This document shows, piece after piece, positions 18,970-29,020 of a DNA stretch of 64,000 nucleotides. The number at the start of each line of letters is the position of its first letter. Within the stretch, counting starts at the first letter, position 1. The notes under the pieces are model-generated. The model was given only the letters and a program-made list of their open reading frames with translations. It did not search any database and was not told the DNA's origin. A program made the translations under genes and the position numbers. The stretch spans positions 32,001 through 96,000 of the forward strand of contig CAWHDZ010000025.1 in assembly GCA_963828255.1 (NCBI GenBank), written 5' to 3'. Source of the stretch: an uncultured delta proteobacterium (GTDB lineage: Bacteria > Myxococcota > Myxococcia > Myxococcales > Anaeromyxobacteraceae).

Positions 18970-19802
18970 CTACTGGGCGGTGATGCACGCCGACAGGTTC
19001 GTACCCGGCACCGTGCCGGTGCTGTCGCCGCAGAGAAGGAGCTGCCCCGTGGGCGGTTGGCGGCCGGGTCCAGCAGGATTGCGAAGGCGCTCGCCACCGT
19101 GCCGTTCGTGATGGATGCCGAGACGTTCGTCGGAAGCGTCACGGACGCGGGGCAGGTCAGGGCCGACGGGGGCACGCCGTTCAAGCAGGTCGTGAGGGTG
19201 ACGGTGCCGGTGAAGCTCGACGCCGGAACCGAGGCGTAGCCGTTCGCGTCGACCACGCCCGCCTGGGTCGCAATCCCCAGGTAGGTGAGGTTCAAGAAGA
19301 TCGGGGAGAAGGCGGTGGGGGCGCCGGTGCCGATGTCGACGGCAGGCGAGCCGGGTACCGCGTTCACGAAACGGATGACCACCTTGGCCGGGTCCGCCGT
19401 GCCCACGTCGGTGAAGGCCTTCAGCTGGACGCCGGTGGGCAGGAGGGTCGCCGCGGCGACGGTCTGGTGGCCCCCGGCGGTGACGACGACCTGGATGTCC
19501 TCCACGCCGGGCACGGCCGTGGCGCAGCTGTTCGCGGCGAAGGCGACGAGCCGCACCGTGTAGGTGCCGGCGTCGAGGGTGAAGTACTTCGATGCCTGGG
19601 CGTAGCGCACTCCGGCGGGGTCGCTCGCGCCCTTCATGGCAGGACCGGCGTAGGTGGCGCTCCCTTGAGGGGCCCAGCAGAAGTCGACGGCCGGAGCGCC
19701 GAAGGCGAGGTGCGCGAGCCGGATGTTCCCCGGCTCGGGTGTGCTGCTGCTGTCGCAGGCGGCGGCGAAGGCGACGACGGCGAGAAGTGCGAGCTTGCGC
19801 AT
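18970..19802 (-). CDS. DUF4397-like lipoprotein (apparent 1-nt frameshift near 19055)
   Basis: Lipobox AAAC; IRLAHLAFGAPAVDFC and IRFVNAVPGSPAVD repeats; alternative frame gives PTGQLLLCGDSTGTVPGTNLSACITAQ-stop ending just before the terminator. Confidence 0.7.
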
Positions 19803-20044
19803 GAGATCTCCAGTTCGTTCAGGGGTGGGGGGAAGCGACGCTCGGCGTACGCAAGGAAATGCGAGCCCTCCACCACGTTTTTCCCGCCATCGCCGCGGGA
19901 ACCGCTCGCTCCGCCGGTGGGACGGGGCGCGGGGAGACTATGAAGATGCGAGCCCCGAAGCAAGAGAACTGCGGGCCCCCCTCGCTGGGGGGTGCCCCCG
20001 CTCGTGGCGCCCCGCCTTGACTCGCCCGGGCCTTAGGGGCTACG

Positions 20045-20225
20045 ACGGCCGGACATTTCCGCTCTGGGGAAAAGGGAAGCCGGTCGAAGTCCGGCGCGGT
20101 CCCGCCACTGTAGCCGGGGAAGAGGCGCCTGCAAGGTCGTCACCACTGTCGCGCGGTTCGCGGCGGGAAGGTGGCAGGCGCCGACGGCCTTCGAGCCGTG
20201 CCCCGGAAGCCAGGAGACCTCCCCC
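20045..20225 (+). ncRNA. Cobalamin riboswitch
   Basis: AAAGGGAAGCCGGTCGAAGTCCGGCGCGGTCCCGCCACTGT ... CACCACTG ... GGGAAGG ... AAGCCAGGAGACCT (B12 box), upstream of a TonB receptor; ends approximate. Confidence 0.93.
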
Positions 20226-20287
20226 CGGGCAAGGTCGCGAATGGTTCGCGACCGCTGGTCCCGCGTCCGAAGGAGACGCGCAGGACG

Positions 20288-22218
20288 ATGCGACGACCGC
20301 GCGCGCGCCGGGTGCTTCTTGCACTTGCCGTGACATGGGCCGGGCTGGCCCGCGGCACCGAGGGGCCTCCCCAGGCCCCGGTGCTGCTCGACGAGGTGGT
20401 GATCCAGCTGCCGCGCGCCCCCGCGCCGCAGGATCCCACCGCGTCGGCCACCGTGGTCGAGGCCGGGCGCTTCGCCGGCGAGCTGAAGGGCGTGGCCGAG
20501 CTGGCCGCCACCGCACCGGGCGTGGCCGTCCGCAGCAACGGCGGGTTCGGGCAGCTCACCACCATCTCCATCCGCGGCTCCGGCTCCGGCGGGGTCCGGG
20601 TGCTCCTCGACGGCATCCCGCTCGACACCGCGGCGGGCGGCGGCGTGGACCTCTCCACCATCCCGCTCCACTGGGTGGACCGGGTCGAGGTGGTCCGCGG
20701 CGCGGAGGGGGCCTACTTCGGCGCGGGCGCCCTGGGCGGCGCCGTGAACGTGGTCACCCTCCCGGCCGTCGCCGGGAAGTGGGGCGCGGAGGTCACCGGC
20801 GGCTCCTTCGGCACCGTGTCTGCGGTGGCCGACGTGGGCGTGGGGGGGGACCGCTGGGCGCTCCTCGCCGCGGTCACCGGCGGCGCGACCCGGGGCGACT
20901 TCCCGTACCTGACCCCGTCCTCGCCCTCGGTGCCGGGCAGCCCGCTCGTGCCCCGGACCCGGCAGAACGCCGCGGCCGCCCAGGGTGGACTCCTGGTGAA
21001 GGGGAAGTGGACGCCGGGCGCCGACCGGCTGGACGGCGTGGCCCAGCTCTCCTGGGGGTGGCGGCAGCTCCCCGGCGTGCCGGCCAGCCCAACCCCCGAC
21101 GACTGGCAGCGCGGGGGACGGGGCTCGGGTGCGCTGCGCTGGTCGCGCCTCCTCTCGTCCGGGCTCACCCTCGAGGCCGGCCTGGCCGGGCGGTACGAGA
21201 CGCTCGACGTGACGACGGCTCCCCCGGGAGGCACCGGGACGACCGACCAGCGCGACGCCGCCGGCGGCGGGGAGGCGCGGGTGACCTGGGAGGCCGGCGG
21301 GAGCCTCTTCACGGCCGGTGCGCTGGCCTCGCTGGAGCGGCTCGACTCGACGGCCAGCGGCGACCACCAGCGGCCGACCTTCGCGGGCTGGGTCGCCGAC
21401 GACTTCACCATCGGGAAGGAGGCCGCGCGCATCTCCCCGGCCCTGCGCGTGGACGCGGTGGGGCCGTACGCCGGGGTCTCGGCCAAGCTGGGCGGGAGCG
21501 TGCGGGTGAGCGGCCCCTGGTCGCTGCGCGCCAGCGCCGGCCGGTCCTTCCGGCCCCCCAGCTTCTCCGAGCTCTACATGGTGCAGGGCCCCTTCGAGCC
21601 CAACCCCGACCTGCGGCCCGAGGTGGCCTGGAGCGTGGACGGCGCGCTGGTCTACGACGGGCCGCCGGGACGCGCCAGCCGGGCGGCTTCGGCGCCCTCT
21701 ACGACGACCTGATCGTCTACGAGACCGGCCGCGTCCCGGGGAGCTTCAAGCCGCAGAACTCCCTGCGGGCCTCGTCGGCCGGGGTGGAGGTCGAGCTCCT
21801 CACCGCGGCGGCGCGGAAGCTCTGGGGGCTGCAGGGGCAGCTCTCCTACACGTTCCTCGCCACCCAGGTCCTGCGGGGCGTCCCCGGCGTGGTGGGCAAG
21901 GAGCTGCCGCAGCGCCCCCGCAACCGGGCCTTCGCCCGCGTCTCCGTCGATCCCGGACCCGGAGGCGGGCACCTCGAGGCCCAGTACGTCGGCCTCCAGT
22001 ACCTCGACTCGCGCAACATCCACTCCGCGCCGGCCAGCCTGGTGGTGAACGCCGGCGCGTTCGCCCGCATCCTCCGCAGCCCCGAGGTCCGCATCGGCGC
22101 GGAGGTGAAGAACCTCCTCGACGACCGGACCCTGCAGGACGGCTTCGGCTACCCCCTCCCCTCCCGCACCCTGCTCGTCACCCTTCGCATCGGCACCTCA
22201 CCGGAGACCAAAGAATGA
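20288..22218 (+). CDS. TonB-dependent cobalamin receptor (BtuB-like), frameshift near 21680
   Basis: Plug motifs ISIRGSG, VLLDGIPL, RVEVVRG; FRPPSFSELY, NPDLRPE; C-terminal part (KNLLD..GYPLPSR) in a second frame. Confidence 0.85.
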
Positions 22219-23438
22219 CAGCCCGCGCCGCAGCCGCCCTCCTCCTCGCCGCCTCCCTCCTCGCCTGCAAGTCCGAGGTGGTCTGCACCACCGACCAGGA
22301 CACCTGTGACGGGCAGTGCACCTCGCTCCGGAGCGACGCCGCGAACTGCGGCGCCTGCGGCCGGTCCTGCGCCGCGGGCCAGAGCTGCTCGGCCGGGCTC
22401 TGCTGCCAGGGCGACCAGTGCCCCCCGGCGGTCTACGCCGCCTGCTTCAACGGGAACGCCGTCCAGGGCGCCACCTCGGCCTCCGTCCCGGTGGGCGCTC
22501 CCGTCGCCGTCGAGTCGGGCCCGATCGCGCTGGCGTGGCGGGGAACCTCGCTCTGGGTGGCGAACTCCATGAGCAACACCCTCGACCGGATGGTGGTCTC
22601 GCCGGCCGGGATCGTCGCCGACGGGGCCTTCCCCACCATCCTGATCCCGGGTGCGCCCTATTTCGACCTGGAGTTCCTGGCCGAGTGGGACGGGCTCCTC
22701 TACGTGTCGAACGCCGCGGTCAACCAGCTGGTGGTGATCGACCCCTCGGTCGCCCAGCCCATCGTCGGCGCCGTCGACCTCGGCGCGATGGCGTATCCGC
22801 AGGGGATGGCATTCCGGGGCAACAAGGCCTACGTGGCCCTCAACGGCACCGGGGAGGTCGTGGTCGTGGATCTCGCTTCACGCGGGGTGACGAGGCGGAT
22901 CGACCTCTCCTCCCTCGCCTCCCCGGGCGGGAGCGCCCTGCCCTCTCGCGTGGCCGTCTCGGGGGACCGGGTCTACGTCACCCTCTGGAACCTGGACGGC
23001 TTCTACGCCCCCGCCGGCAACGGCCGCCTGGCGGTCATCGACACCACCACCGACGCCCTGGTCCCGGCCGTGAACCCGGTGGACCTGGGGGCCTCCTGCC
23101 TCAACCCGGCAGGCATCGCAGTCGAGGCCGGCACGGCCTGGGTGACCTGCGGCTTCTTTCCCTGGGACGCCGCCAGCGCGGCCGACATCACCGGCAACTC
23201 CCTCGTCCCGGTGGCGGTGTCGGGCGCCACCCCGCTGGTGGGCCCGGCGGTCCCGGTGACGCTCGCCGCCCCCGGCGCCCTCACCTTCTGCAACGGGGTG
23301 GGCTTTGCCGCCGACCGATTCTCGGGCAACGTGCTCCGGTTCGACCCCGTGGCGAGGTCGGTCACCGGGCGGGGGCTGGTCTGCCCCCCCTCGGAAGCCG
23401 GCTCGAGCTTCGTGGCCGCCGTCGCCTGTGGCAGATGA
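22215..23438 (+). CDS. Lipoprotein with Cys-rich N-domain and YncE-like beta-propeller
   Basis: Lipobox LLAC; CTSLRSDAANCGACGRSC Cys repeat; repeated LYVSN / AYVAL / VYVTL..VID propeller blades. Confidence 0.75.
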   Translation: MTARAAAALLLAASLLACKSEVVCTTDQDTCDGQCTSLRSDAANCGACGRSCAAGQSCSAGLCCQGDQCPPAVYAACFNGNAVQGATSASVPVGAPVAVESGPIALAWRGTSLWVANSMSNTLDRMVVSPAGIVADGAFPTILIPGAPYFDLEFLAEWDGLLYVSNAAVNQLVVIDPSVAQPIVGAVDLGAMAYPQGMAFRGNKAYVALNGTGEVVVVDLASRGVTRRIDLSSLASPGGSALPSRVAVSGDRVYVTLWNLDGFYAPAGNGRLAVIDTTTDALVPAVNPVDLGASCLNPAGIAVEAGTAWVTCGFFPWDAASAADITGNSLVPVAVSGATPLVGPAVPVTLAAPGALTFCNGVGFAADRFSGNVLRFDPVARSVTGRGLVCPPSEAGSSFVAAVACGR

Positions 23439-24280
23439 CCCTCCCCATCCACATCCTCGCGGCGCTGGCCGCGCTGGCCCTGCACGACGGCCCGCTCTGG
23501 CTCGGGCCCCCGGCCCCGGCCCGGCCGTCCCGCGTCGTCTCTCTCGCCCCCAGCCTCACCGACACGGTGATCGCGCTGGGCGAGGCCGGCCGCCTGGTGG
23601 GCGTGACCCGCTACGACACCGCACCCGAGGTGAAGTCGCTCCCGCGCGTGGGCGGCTTCCTCGACCCCAGCCCGGAGGCGGTGCTGGGGCTGCGCCCCGA
23701 CCTGGTCCTCTGGCTCACCGACGGAGGGGCCTACCCCGCCGTCCGGCGCATCGCCGAGCTGGGCGTCCCGGTTCTGGCGCTGCCGGTGGTGGGCGTCCCC
23801 GACGTCCTTCGCGCGGCCCGCCGCGTCGGCGCGGCGCTGGGCAACCCGGCCGCGGGCGAGCGGCTGGCCTCGGAGATGGACGCGGCCGTGCGGGCCGCCG
23901 AGGAGCGGGCGGCGTCGCTCCCCCGGCGCCGGGTGCTGCTCGTCATCGGGCGCGACCCGCTCGTGGTGGCCGGTCCGGGCAGCTACCCGGACGCGCTGCT
24001 GCGCATCGCCGGGGGGGTGAACGTGGTGAAGGGGGAGCGCCCCTGGCCGGTCTACTCTCTGGAGCGGGCGGTGGCCGACGACCCCGACCTGGTGGTGGAC
24101 GCGGCGGTGAACGAGCCGGCGGACACCATCGCGCGGCTCGCCGCCATCCCGGCGGTGAAGGCCGGCCGGGTGGTGCGCCTCCCCGACGACCGGGTGCTTC
24201 GCCCCGGCCCGCAGCTCCCGGCGGCGCTCGTGCAGCTCCAGTCGGCGCTGGGAACGCCCGCGACCGGGGGGGCCCGTTGA
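23435..24280 (+). CDS. btuF: Periplasmic cobalamin-binding protein
   Basis: RVVSLAPSLTDTVIALG...LVGVTRYD, P..EAVLGLRPDLV, LRPGP. Confidence 0.85.
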   Translation: MTLPIHILAALAALALHDGPLWLGPPAPARPSRVVSLAPSLTDTVIALGEAGRLVGVTRYDTAPEVKSLPRVGGFLDPSPEAVLGLRPDLVLWLTDGGAYPAVRRIAELGVPVLALPVVGVPDVLRAARRVGAALGNPAAGERLASEMDAAVRAAEERAASLPRRRVLLVIGRDPLVVAGPGSYPDALLRIAGGVNVVKGERPWPVYSLERAVADDPDLVVDAAVNEPADTIARLAAIPAVKAGRVVRLPDDRVLRPGPQLPAALVQLQSALGTPATGGAR

Positions 24281-25296
24281 CGCGGCGCCGTGTCGCCGTC
24301 GCGCTCGGCGCCGGGGTCGTGGCGCTCCTGGCCTGCACCGCCGCGGCGCTCCTCCTCGGTCCCCAGCCCGTCTCGCTCCAGGCGGCGCTCGCCGGGGCCG
24401 AGCCCGACCACGCCATCCTCGTCGGCCTGCGGCTCCCCCGGGTGATCCTGGGCGCGCTGGTGGGCGCCGCGCTGGCCGCGGCCGGGGTGGCGCTCCAGGC
24501 CTTGCTCCGGAACCCGCTCGCCGAGCCCTTCGTGCTGGGCGTGTCGGGCGGCGCGGCGCTGGGGGGCACGGCCGCGCTGGCGGCGGCGGCCGCGGTGGGG
24601 CCCGCCTCGGCGCTGGGCGCGGTCGTGGGATCGGGCGCCTCGGTGGCCCTGGGGGCGTCGATCGGCGCGGCGGCCTCGACCGCGCTGGTCTTCGCGCTGG
24701 GGCGAATCGGCGGCAAGCTCGTTCCCGAGGCGGCGCTCCTCGTCGGCGTGGTCTTCAACGCCTTCGCGGCCGGCGTCATCACCGTGGTGAAGGTCATGGT
24801 GCCCCCCGAGGAGGCGGCCCGGCTCCTCTACTGGCTCATGGGGGCGGTGGGCTACGCCGACCCCGGCACGCTCCTCACGGGCGCGGTCTTCGTGGCGGTC
24901 GCGGTGGCGGTGCTCCTGGCCGCCTCGGCGCAGCTGAACCTCCTCTCCCTGGGCGACGACGAGGCCTCCTCGCTCGGCGTGGACGTGGGGCGCTCCCGCG
25001 GCGTGGTCTTCCTGGCCGCGAGCCTGGCCACCGGGGCGGCGGTGGCGCTGGCCGGCATGGTGGGCTTCGTCGGGCTCATCGTGCCCCACCTGCTCCGGCG
25101 CGTCTTCGGCCCGGACCACCGCATCCTGCTGCCGGCCTCGGTCCTCTTCGGCGCCGCCTTCCTGGTGCTGGCCGACGCCGCGGCCCGCCTGGCCTTCCTG
25201 CCGCTCGGCTCCGAGCCGCCGGTGGGCGCCCTCACCGCCCTGCTCGGCGGCCCCCTCTTCCTCTGGCTGCTTCGCCGGACCGAGCGGAGCGGTTAG
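24277..25296 (+). CDS. btuC: FecCD/BtuC-family ABC permease
   Basis: LRLPRV, LLRNPLAEP..LGVSGGA, LGDDEA.SLGV, GFVGLIVPH. Confidence 0.88.
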   Translation: MTRRRVAVALGAGVVALLACTAAALLLGPQPVSLQAALAGAEPDHAILVGLRLPRVILGALVGAALAAAGVALQALLRNPLAEPFVLGVSGGAALGGTAALAAAAAVGPASALGAVVGSGASVALGASIGAAASTALVFALGRIGGKLVPEAALLVGVVFNAFAAGVITVVKVMVPPEEAARLLYWLMGAVGYADPGTLLTGAVFVAVAVAVLLAASAQLNLLSLGDDEASSLGVDVGRSRGVVFLAASLATGAAVALAGMVGFVGLIVPHLLRRVFGPDHRILLPASVLFGAAFLVLADAAARLAFLPLGSEPPVGALTALLGGPLFLWLLRRTERSG

Positions 25297-25306
25297 GTTG
25301 GCGCCC

Positions 25307-26326
25307 ATGACCCCCGTCCGCGCCTGGCTCGCCATCACCGTCCTCGCCACGGCCCTCCTCGCCGTGGCCGTCGGGGCGGCCACGCTGCTCGAGCCCCACA
25401 CCCGCGGCTTCGACCGGTTCATGGGGCTCGCCATCTGGAAGATCGACGTCCACCAGCGGGTCGATCCGGAGGTCCTGGGCTACGCCGTCAACGTGGGCGC
25501 GAGCCAGGGGATCCTCGGCATCGTGAACCTGGGTGGCGGCCACGCCGGCGGCGGGCTGGAGGCGCACCTCGAGGCGGCGGCCCGCTTCCCCGGGCGGGTG
25601 CTGGTCTTCATGGAGCTCGACGAGCGGGGCTGCTGCGACGACGCCTGGATCGAGCGGGAGACCGCGCGGCTCGTGACCGGCCGGGCCCTGGGGGCCCGCG
25701 GGCTGCACGTCCCCCGGCGCCTGCTCTCCCCCGCCGGAGCGCCGGTCTGGCTCGACGCCCCGGAGCTGGCCCCCCTCTGGCAGGTGGCCGCCGGCCTGGG
25801 CATCCCCGTGGCGTTCGATCCCGGCCCGGGCCCGGAGGCCCGTGAACGGATGGTGAAGCTCGTGGAGGGGCAGCCGAAGATCCCCTTCCTCGCCCTCGAC
25901 ATGGGGGGGCTGGCCGGAAGCCCGGCCGCGCTCGGCGCCCTCCTCTCCCGGCTCCCGAACCTCAACGTGGACACGGCCGGCTCCATCCCGGAGATGGCGC
26001 GCAACCCGGAGGCGACCCGGGAGCTCCTGGCCGCCCACTCCGACCGGGTGCTCCTGGGGACCGACCTGGCCTGGTTGCAGGGCCCGCGCGCCGAGCAGCG
26101 CGCGCTGGTGATCGGGGGCGGCCTCCCGGTGCGGACCCGCGAGCCGCTGCTGCGCTTCTTCGACTCGACCTGGCGCTTCTTCGAGACCCGCGACGCCGAC
26201 ATCCCCGGGCCCTCGTCGGGCGACGCGCCGGTGGAAGGGCTGGCGCTCCCCCGCGACGCGCTCGAGCGGATCTTCCGGGACAACGCCCGCAGGCTGCTCG
26301 GCTTCGGCGACCTGGAGGCCCTGTGA
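25307..26326 (+). CDS. Membrane-anchored amidohydrolase-fold protein with substituted metal ligands
   Basis: N-terminal TM segment; KIDVHQR, GARGLH, GIPVAFD, PNLNVDT, RVLLGTD, IFRDNARRLL follow the Amidohydro_2 pattern. Confidence 0.7.
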   Translation: MTPVRAWLAITVLATALLAVAVGAATLLEPHTRGFDRFMGLAIWKIDVHQRVDPEVLGYAVNVGASQGILGIVNLGGGHAGGGLEAHLEAAARFPGRVLVFMELDERGCCDDAWIERETARLVTGRALGARGLHVPRRLLSPAGAPVWLDAPELAPLWQVAAGLGIPVAFDPGPGPEARERMVKLVEGQPKIPFLALDMGGLAGSPAALGALLSRLPNLNVDTAGSIPEMARNPEATRELLAAHSDRVLLGTDLAWLQGPRAEQRALVIGGGLPVRTREPLLRFFDSTWRFFETRDADIPGPSSGDAPVEGLALPRDALERIFRDNARRLLGFGDLEAL

Positions 26327-27156
26327 AGGGGGCGCAGCAGGCCCCGGCCCTGGCGCCGCCCGGGACGCCGCTCGTGGCGGCCGACGCGGTCTCCTTCTCC
26401 TACGGGGAGCGGGCCGCGCTGCAGGGAGTCACCTTCACCGCGCGTGCGGGCGAGCTGGTGGCGCTGGTCGGGCCGAACGGCGCCGGGAAGAGCACGCTGC
26501 TCCGGCTCGCCGCCGGCCTGCTCGCCCCCTCGGCCGGAAGCGTGACGGTGGGCGGCCTGGCGGCGCACTCGGCCCCGCGCCGGGCGCTGGCGCGGGTCTG
26601 CGCGCTCGTCCCCCAGGAGCCGCGCGCCCCCTGGCCATTCACCGTACGTGAAGCAGTCATGATGGGGCGGGCCCCGCACCAGGGGCTGCTGGCCGTCCCC
26701 GGCCCGTTCGACCACGGCGCGGTGGACGGCGCGCTCCGGGCCTGCGACCTCCTCGACCTGGCCGACCGGCGCCTCGACGCGCTCTCGGGGGGCGAGCGGC
26801 GCCGGGTCTTCTTCGCCCGGGCGCTGGCCCAGGAGCCGCGGGTGCTGCTCCTCGACGAGCCCACCGCCTTCCTCGACCTGGCCCACCAGGTCGCCGCCAT
26901 GGACATGGCCCGGGTGGCGGCGCGGGCCGGGCTCTGCGTGGTGGCGGTGCTGCACGACCTCAACCTGGCCGGCGGGTCGGCCGACCGGATCGTGGTCCTC
27001 TCCCGGGGCCAGGTGGTCGCCGACGGCCCTCCGCGGGAGGTGCTCTCGGCCGAGCGGGTGAGCGCGGTGTGGGGAGTGCCGGTGTGGCGCGGGGAGAACG
27101 GGGCCACCGGCGCGCCGGTGGTGCTCCCGGTCACGTCCCCGGGACGGCGAACTTGA
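26323..27156 (+). CDS. btuD: ABC ATPase of cobalamin/siderophore type
   Basis: GPNGAGKST, LSGGE, LLLDEPT, HDLN. Confidence 0.88.
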   Translation: MKGAQQAPALAPPGTPLVAADAVSFSYGERAALQGVTFTARAGELVALVGPNGAGKSTLLRLAAGLLAPSAGSVTVGGLAAHSAPRRALARVCALVPQEPRAPWPFTVREAVMMGRAPHQGLLAVPGPFDHGAVDGALRACDLLDLADRRLDALSGGERRRVFFARALAQEPRVLLLDEPTAFLDLAHQVAAMDMARVAARAGLCVVAVLHDLNLAGGSADRIVVLSRGQVVADGPPREVLSAERVSAVWGVPVWRGENGATGAPVVLPVTSPGRRT

Positions 27157-28003
27157 TCATCGCGGCCAGCGTGCGGAAGGTGGTGCCGCTGAAGCTCTGC
27201 CGGTAGGCGAACTCGGCCCCGAAGCCGCCGTAGGCGATGCCTGCCCCCAGGGCCCAGAGCTGGACGTCGGCTCCTGCGTTGAACGTCCAGCCGCCCCGCA
27301 GCGAGACCATGTCGAAGAAGAAGACCTCCGCCCCCGCAGCCCAGCGGTCGGAGTGGACCCCGTCGGCGCCGAAGTTCCGGACCCAGTCGGCGGTGACCCG
27401 GAAGGTGTCGCCGGGGCCGACGGCCACGCCCGCCCCCATCCCGATGGGCAGCAGGTCGGGATGGTACGTGTTGATGAGGTTGTAGCCGGTGAAGCCGCCC
27501 GAGAAGAGCTTCCCGAACTTGAGGAAGGCGCCGACCGTGGTGGTGAGGGCGCTCACCGTGGCCGTGTCGGAGTAGAGGTTCAGGTAGGTCCCGGTCGCGC
27601 CCAGGAACAGGTTCTCCCCGACCGGGAAGGCCAGCGCCAGGTTCATCATGCCGCCGAAGGCGCCCTTGGTCCGGTAGCCGAGGGTGGAGATGTAGTTGTA
27701 GGAGAAGCCGGCCGCCACCGTGGTGGACGCCGAGTCCACCACCGAGCCCCCGAAGACGGTGGCGTCGGTGTCGGCGCCCACCCGGTACATCATCCCGCCC
27801 AGGTTGGTCAGGAAGACCTTCTGCGCCGCCAGCGCCCCCGGGTTGTAGAAGATGGCGTCGTTGTCCCCCGACACGCCGTGGTAGGCGGCCAGCCCCACGG
27901 ATCGCGCGTAGACGTAGTTGGTGGGCGTGGGGGGAAGCGGCCCCTCCTCCGCGAGTGCGGGGAGCGCTACGGCGGAGAGGAGCAGGGCGAGGAGTCGGCG
28001 CAC
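27131..28003 (-). CDS. Hypothetical outer-membrane beta-barrel protein
   Basis: Signal peptide; AIFYNPGALA motif as in FadL/PorV-like barrels; alternating aromatic beta strands. Confidence 0.6.
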   Translation of the reverse strand: MRRLLALLLSAVALPALAEEGPLPPTPTNYVYARSVGLAAYHGVSGDNDAIFYNPGALAAQKVFLTNLGGMMYRVGADTDATVFGGSVVDSASTTVAAGFSYNYISTLGYRTKGAFGGMMNLALAFPVGENLFLGATGTYLNLYSDTATVSALTTTVGAFLKFGKLFSGGFTGYNLINTYHPDLLPIGMGAGVAVGPGDTFRVTADWVRNFGADGVHSDRWAAGAEVFFFDMVSLRGGWTFNAGADVQLWALGAGIAYGGFGAEFAYRQSFSGTTFRTLAAMIKFAVPGT

Positions 28004-28096
28004 CGGCGCACGATATCACCGGTCGATCCCCCTGCAAGGACGCGACACGACATCGGCGCTTCCCGCCACGCCGGACGGGGGCTAGAGTCGCCGGCA

Positions 28097-28960
28097 ATGA
28101 AGAAGATCCGCAAGGCCGTCATCCCCGCCGCCGGCCTCGGCACCCGCTTCCTCCCGGCCACCAAGGCCGTGCCCAAGGAGCTCCTGCCCATCGTCGATCG
28201 CCCCACGATCCAGTACATCGTCGAGGAGGCGGTGGCGGCCGGCGTGGACGAGGTGATCCTGGTCTGCGCCCGCGGCAAGGACTCGATCGTGGACCACTTC
28301 GACATCGCGCCCGAGCTGGAGGCCCACCTCGGGCGCACCGGCAAGGAGGCCTTGCGGGCCGAGATGCGGGCCATCGCCAAGATGGCCAACGTGGTCACGG
28401 TGCGGCAGCAGGAGCCGCTGGGGCTCGGCCACGCCGTGCTCTGCGCCAAGGCGCTCGTCGGCGACGAGCCCTTCATCGTCATGCTGGGCGACGACATCAT
28501 CGACGGCCCCGTGCCGGCCGCGAAGCAGCTCGCCTCCTGCTTCGAGAGGCACGGCAAGGGAACCATCGCCCTCATGGAGGTCTCGCCGGCCGAGACCCAC
28601 ATGTACGGCATCGCCGCCGGGACGACGCTGGACCCGCGCACCATCCTCATCGAGAAGCTGGTCGAGAAGCCGAAGCAGGACGCTCCCTCCAACCTGGCGG
28701 TGATCGGCCGCTACGTCCTGCCGCCCGAGATCTTCTCGATCCTGGAGAACGTGAAGCCGGGAGTGGGGGGCGAGATCCAGCTCACCGACGCGCTCGCCGT
28801 GCTGGCCGGCCAGCAGGGGCTGCTCGGCTACCGGTTCGAGGGGGAGCGCCACGACGCCGGCGACCGCTTCGGCTTCCTCAAGGCCAACATCGCCTTCGCG
28901 CTCCAGCGCCCCGACCTCCGGGAGCCGCTGATGGCGTACCTCAGGACCCTCACCAGGTGA
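28097..28960 (+). CDS. galU: UTP--glucose-1-phosphate uridylyltransferase
   Basis: KAVIPAAGLGTRFLPATKAVPKELLP, LGLGHAV, VEKP, GEIQLTDA. Confidence 0.96.
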   Translation: MKKIRKAVIPAAGLGTRFLPATKAVPKELLPIVDRPTIQYIVEEAVAAGVDEVILVCARGKDSIVDHFDIAPELEAHLGRTGKEALRAEMRAIAKMANVVTVRQQEPLGLGHAVLCAKALVGDEPFIVMLGDDIIDGPVPAAKQLASCFERHGKGTIALMEVSPAETHMYGIAAGTTLDPRTILIEKLVEKPKQDAPSNLAVIGRYVLPPEIFSILENVKPGVGGEIQLTDALAVLAGQQGLLGYRFEGERHDAGDRFGFLKANIAFALQRPDLREPLMAYLRTLTR

Positions 28961-29020
28961 AGGCGGAACGGGGTTGACATGCTCCGGCTCGTCTGACCCG
29001 GCTGCTACACTCTCCGCCCC

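Noticed and set aside
28974..29011. TTGACA as the -35 for priA
   Set aside because: 26 nt from TACACT, too far for a sigma70 pair; only the -10 was kept
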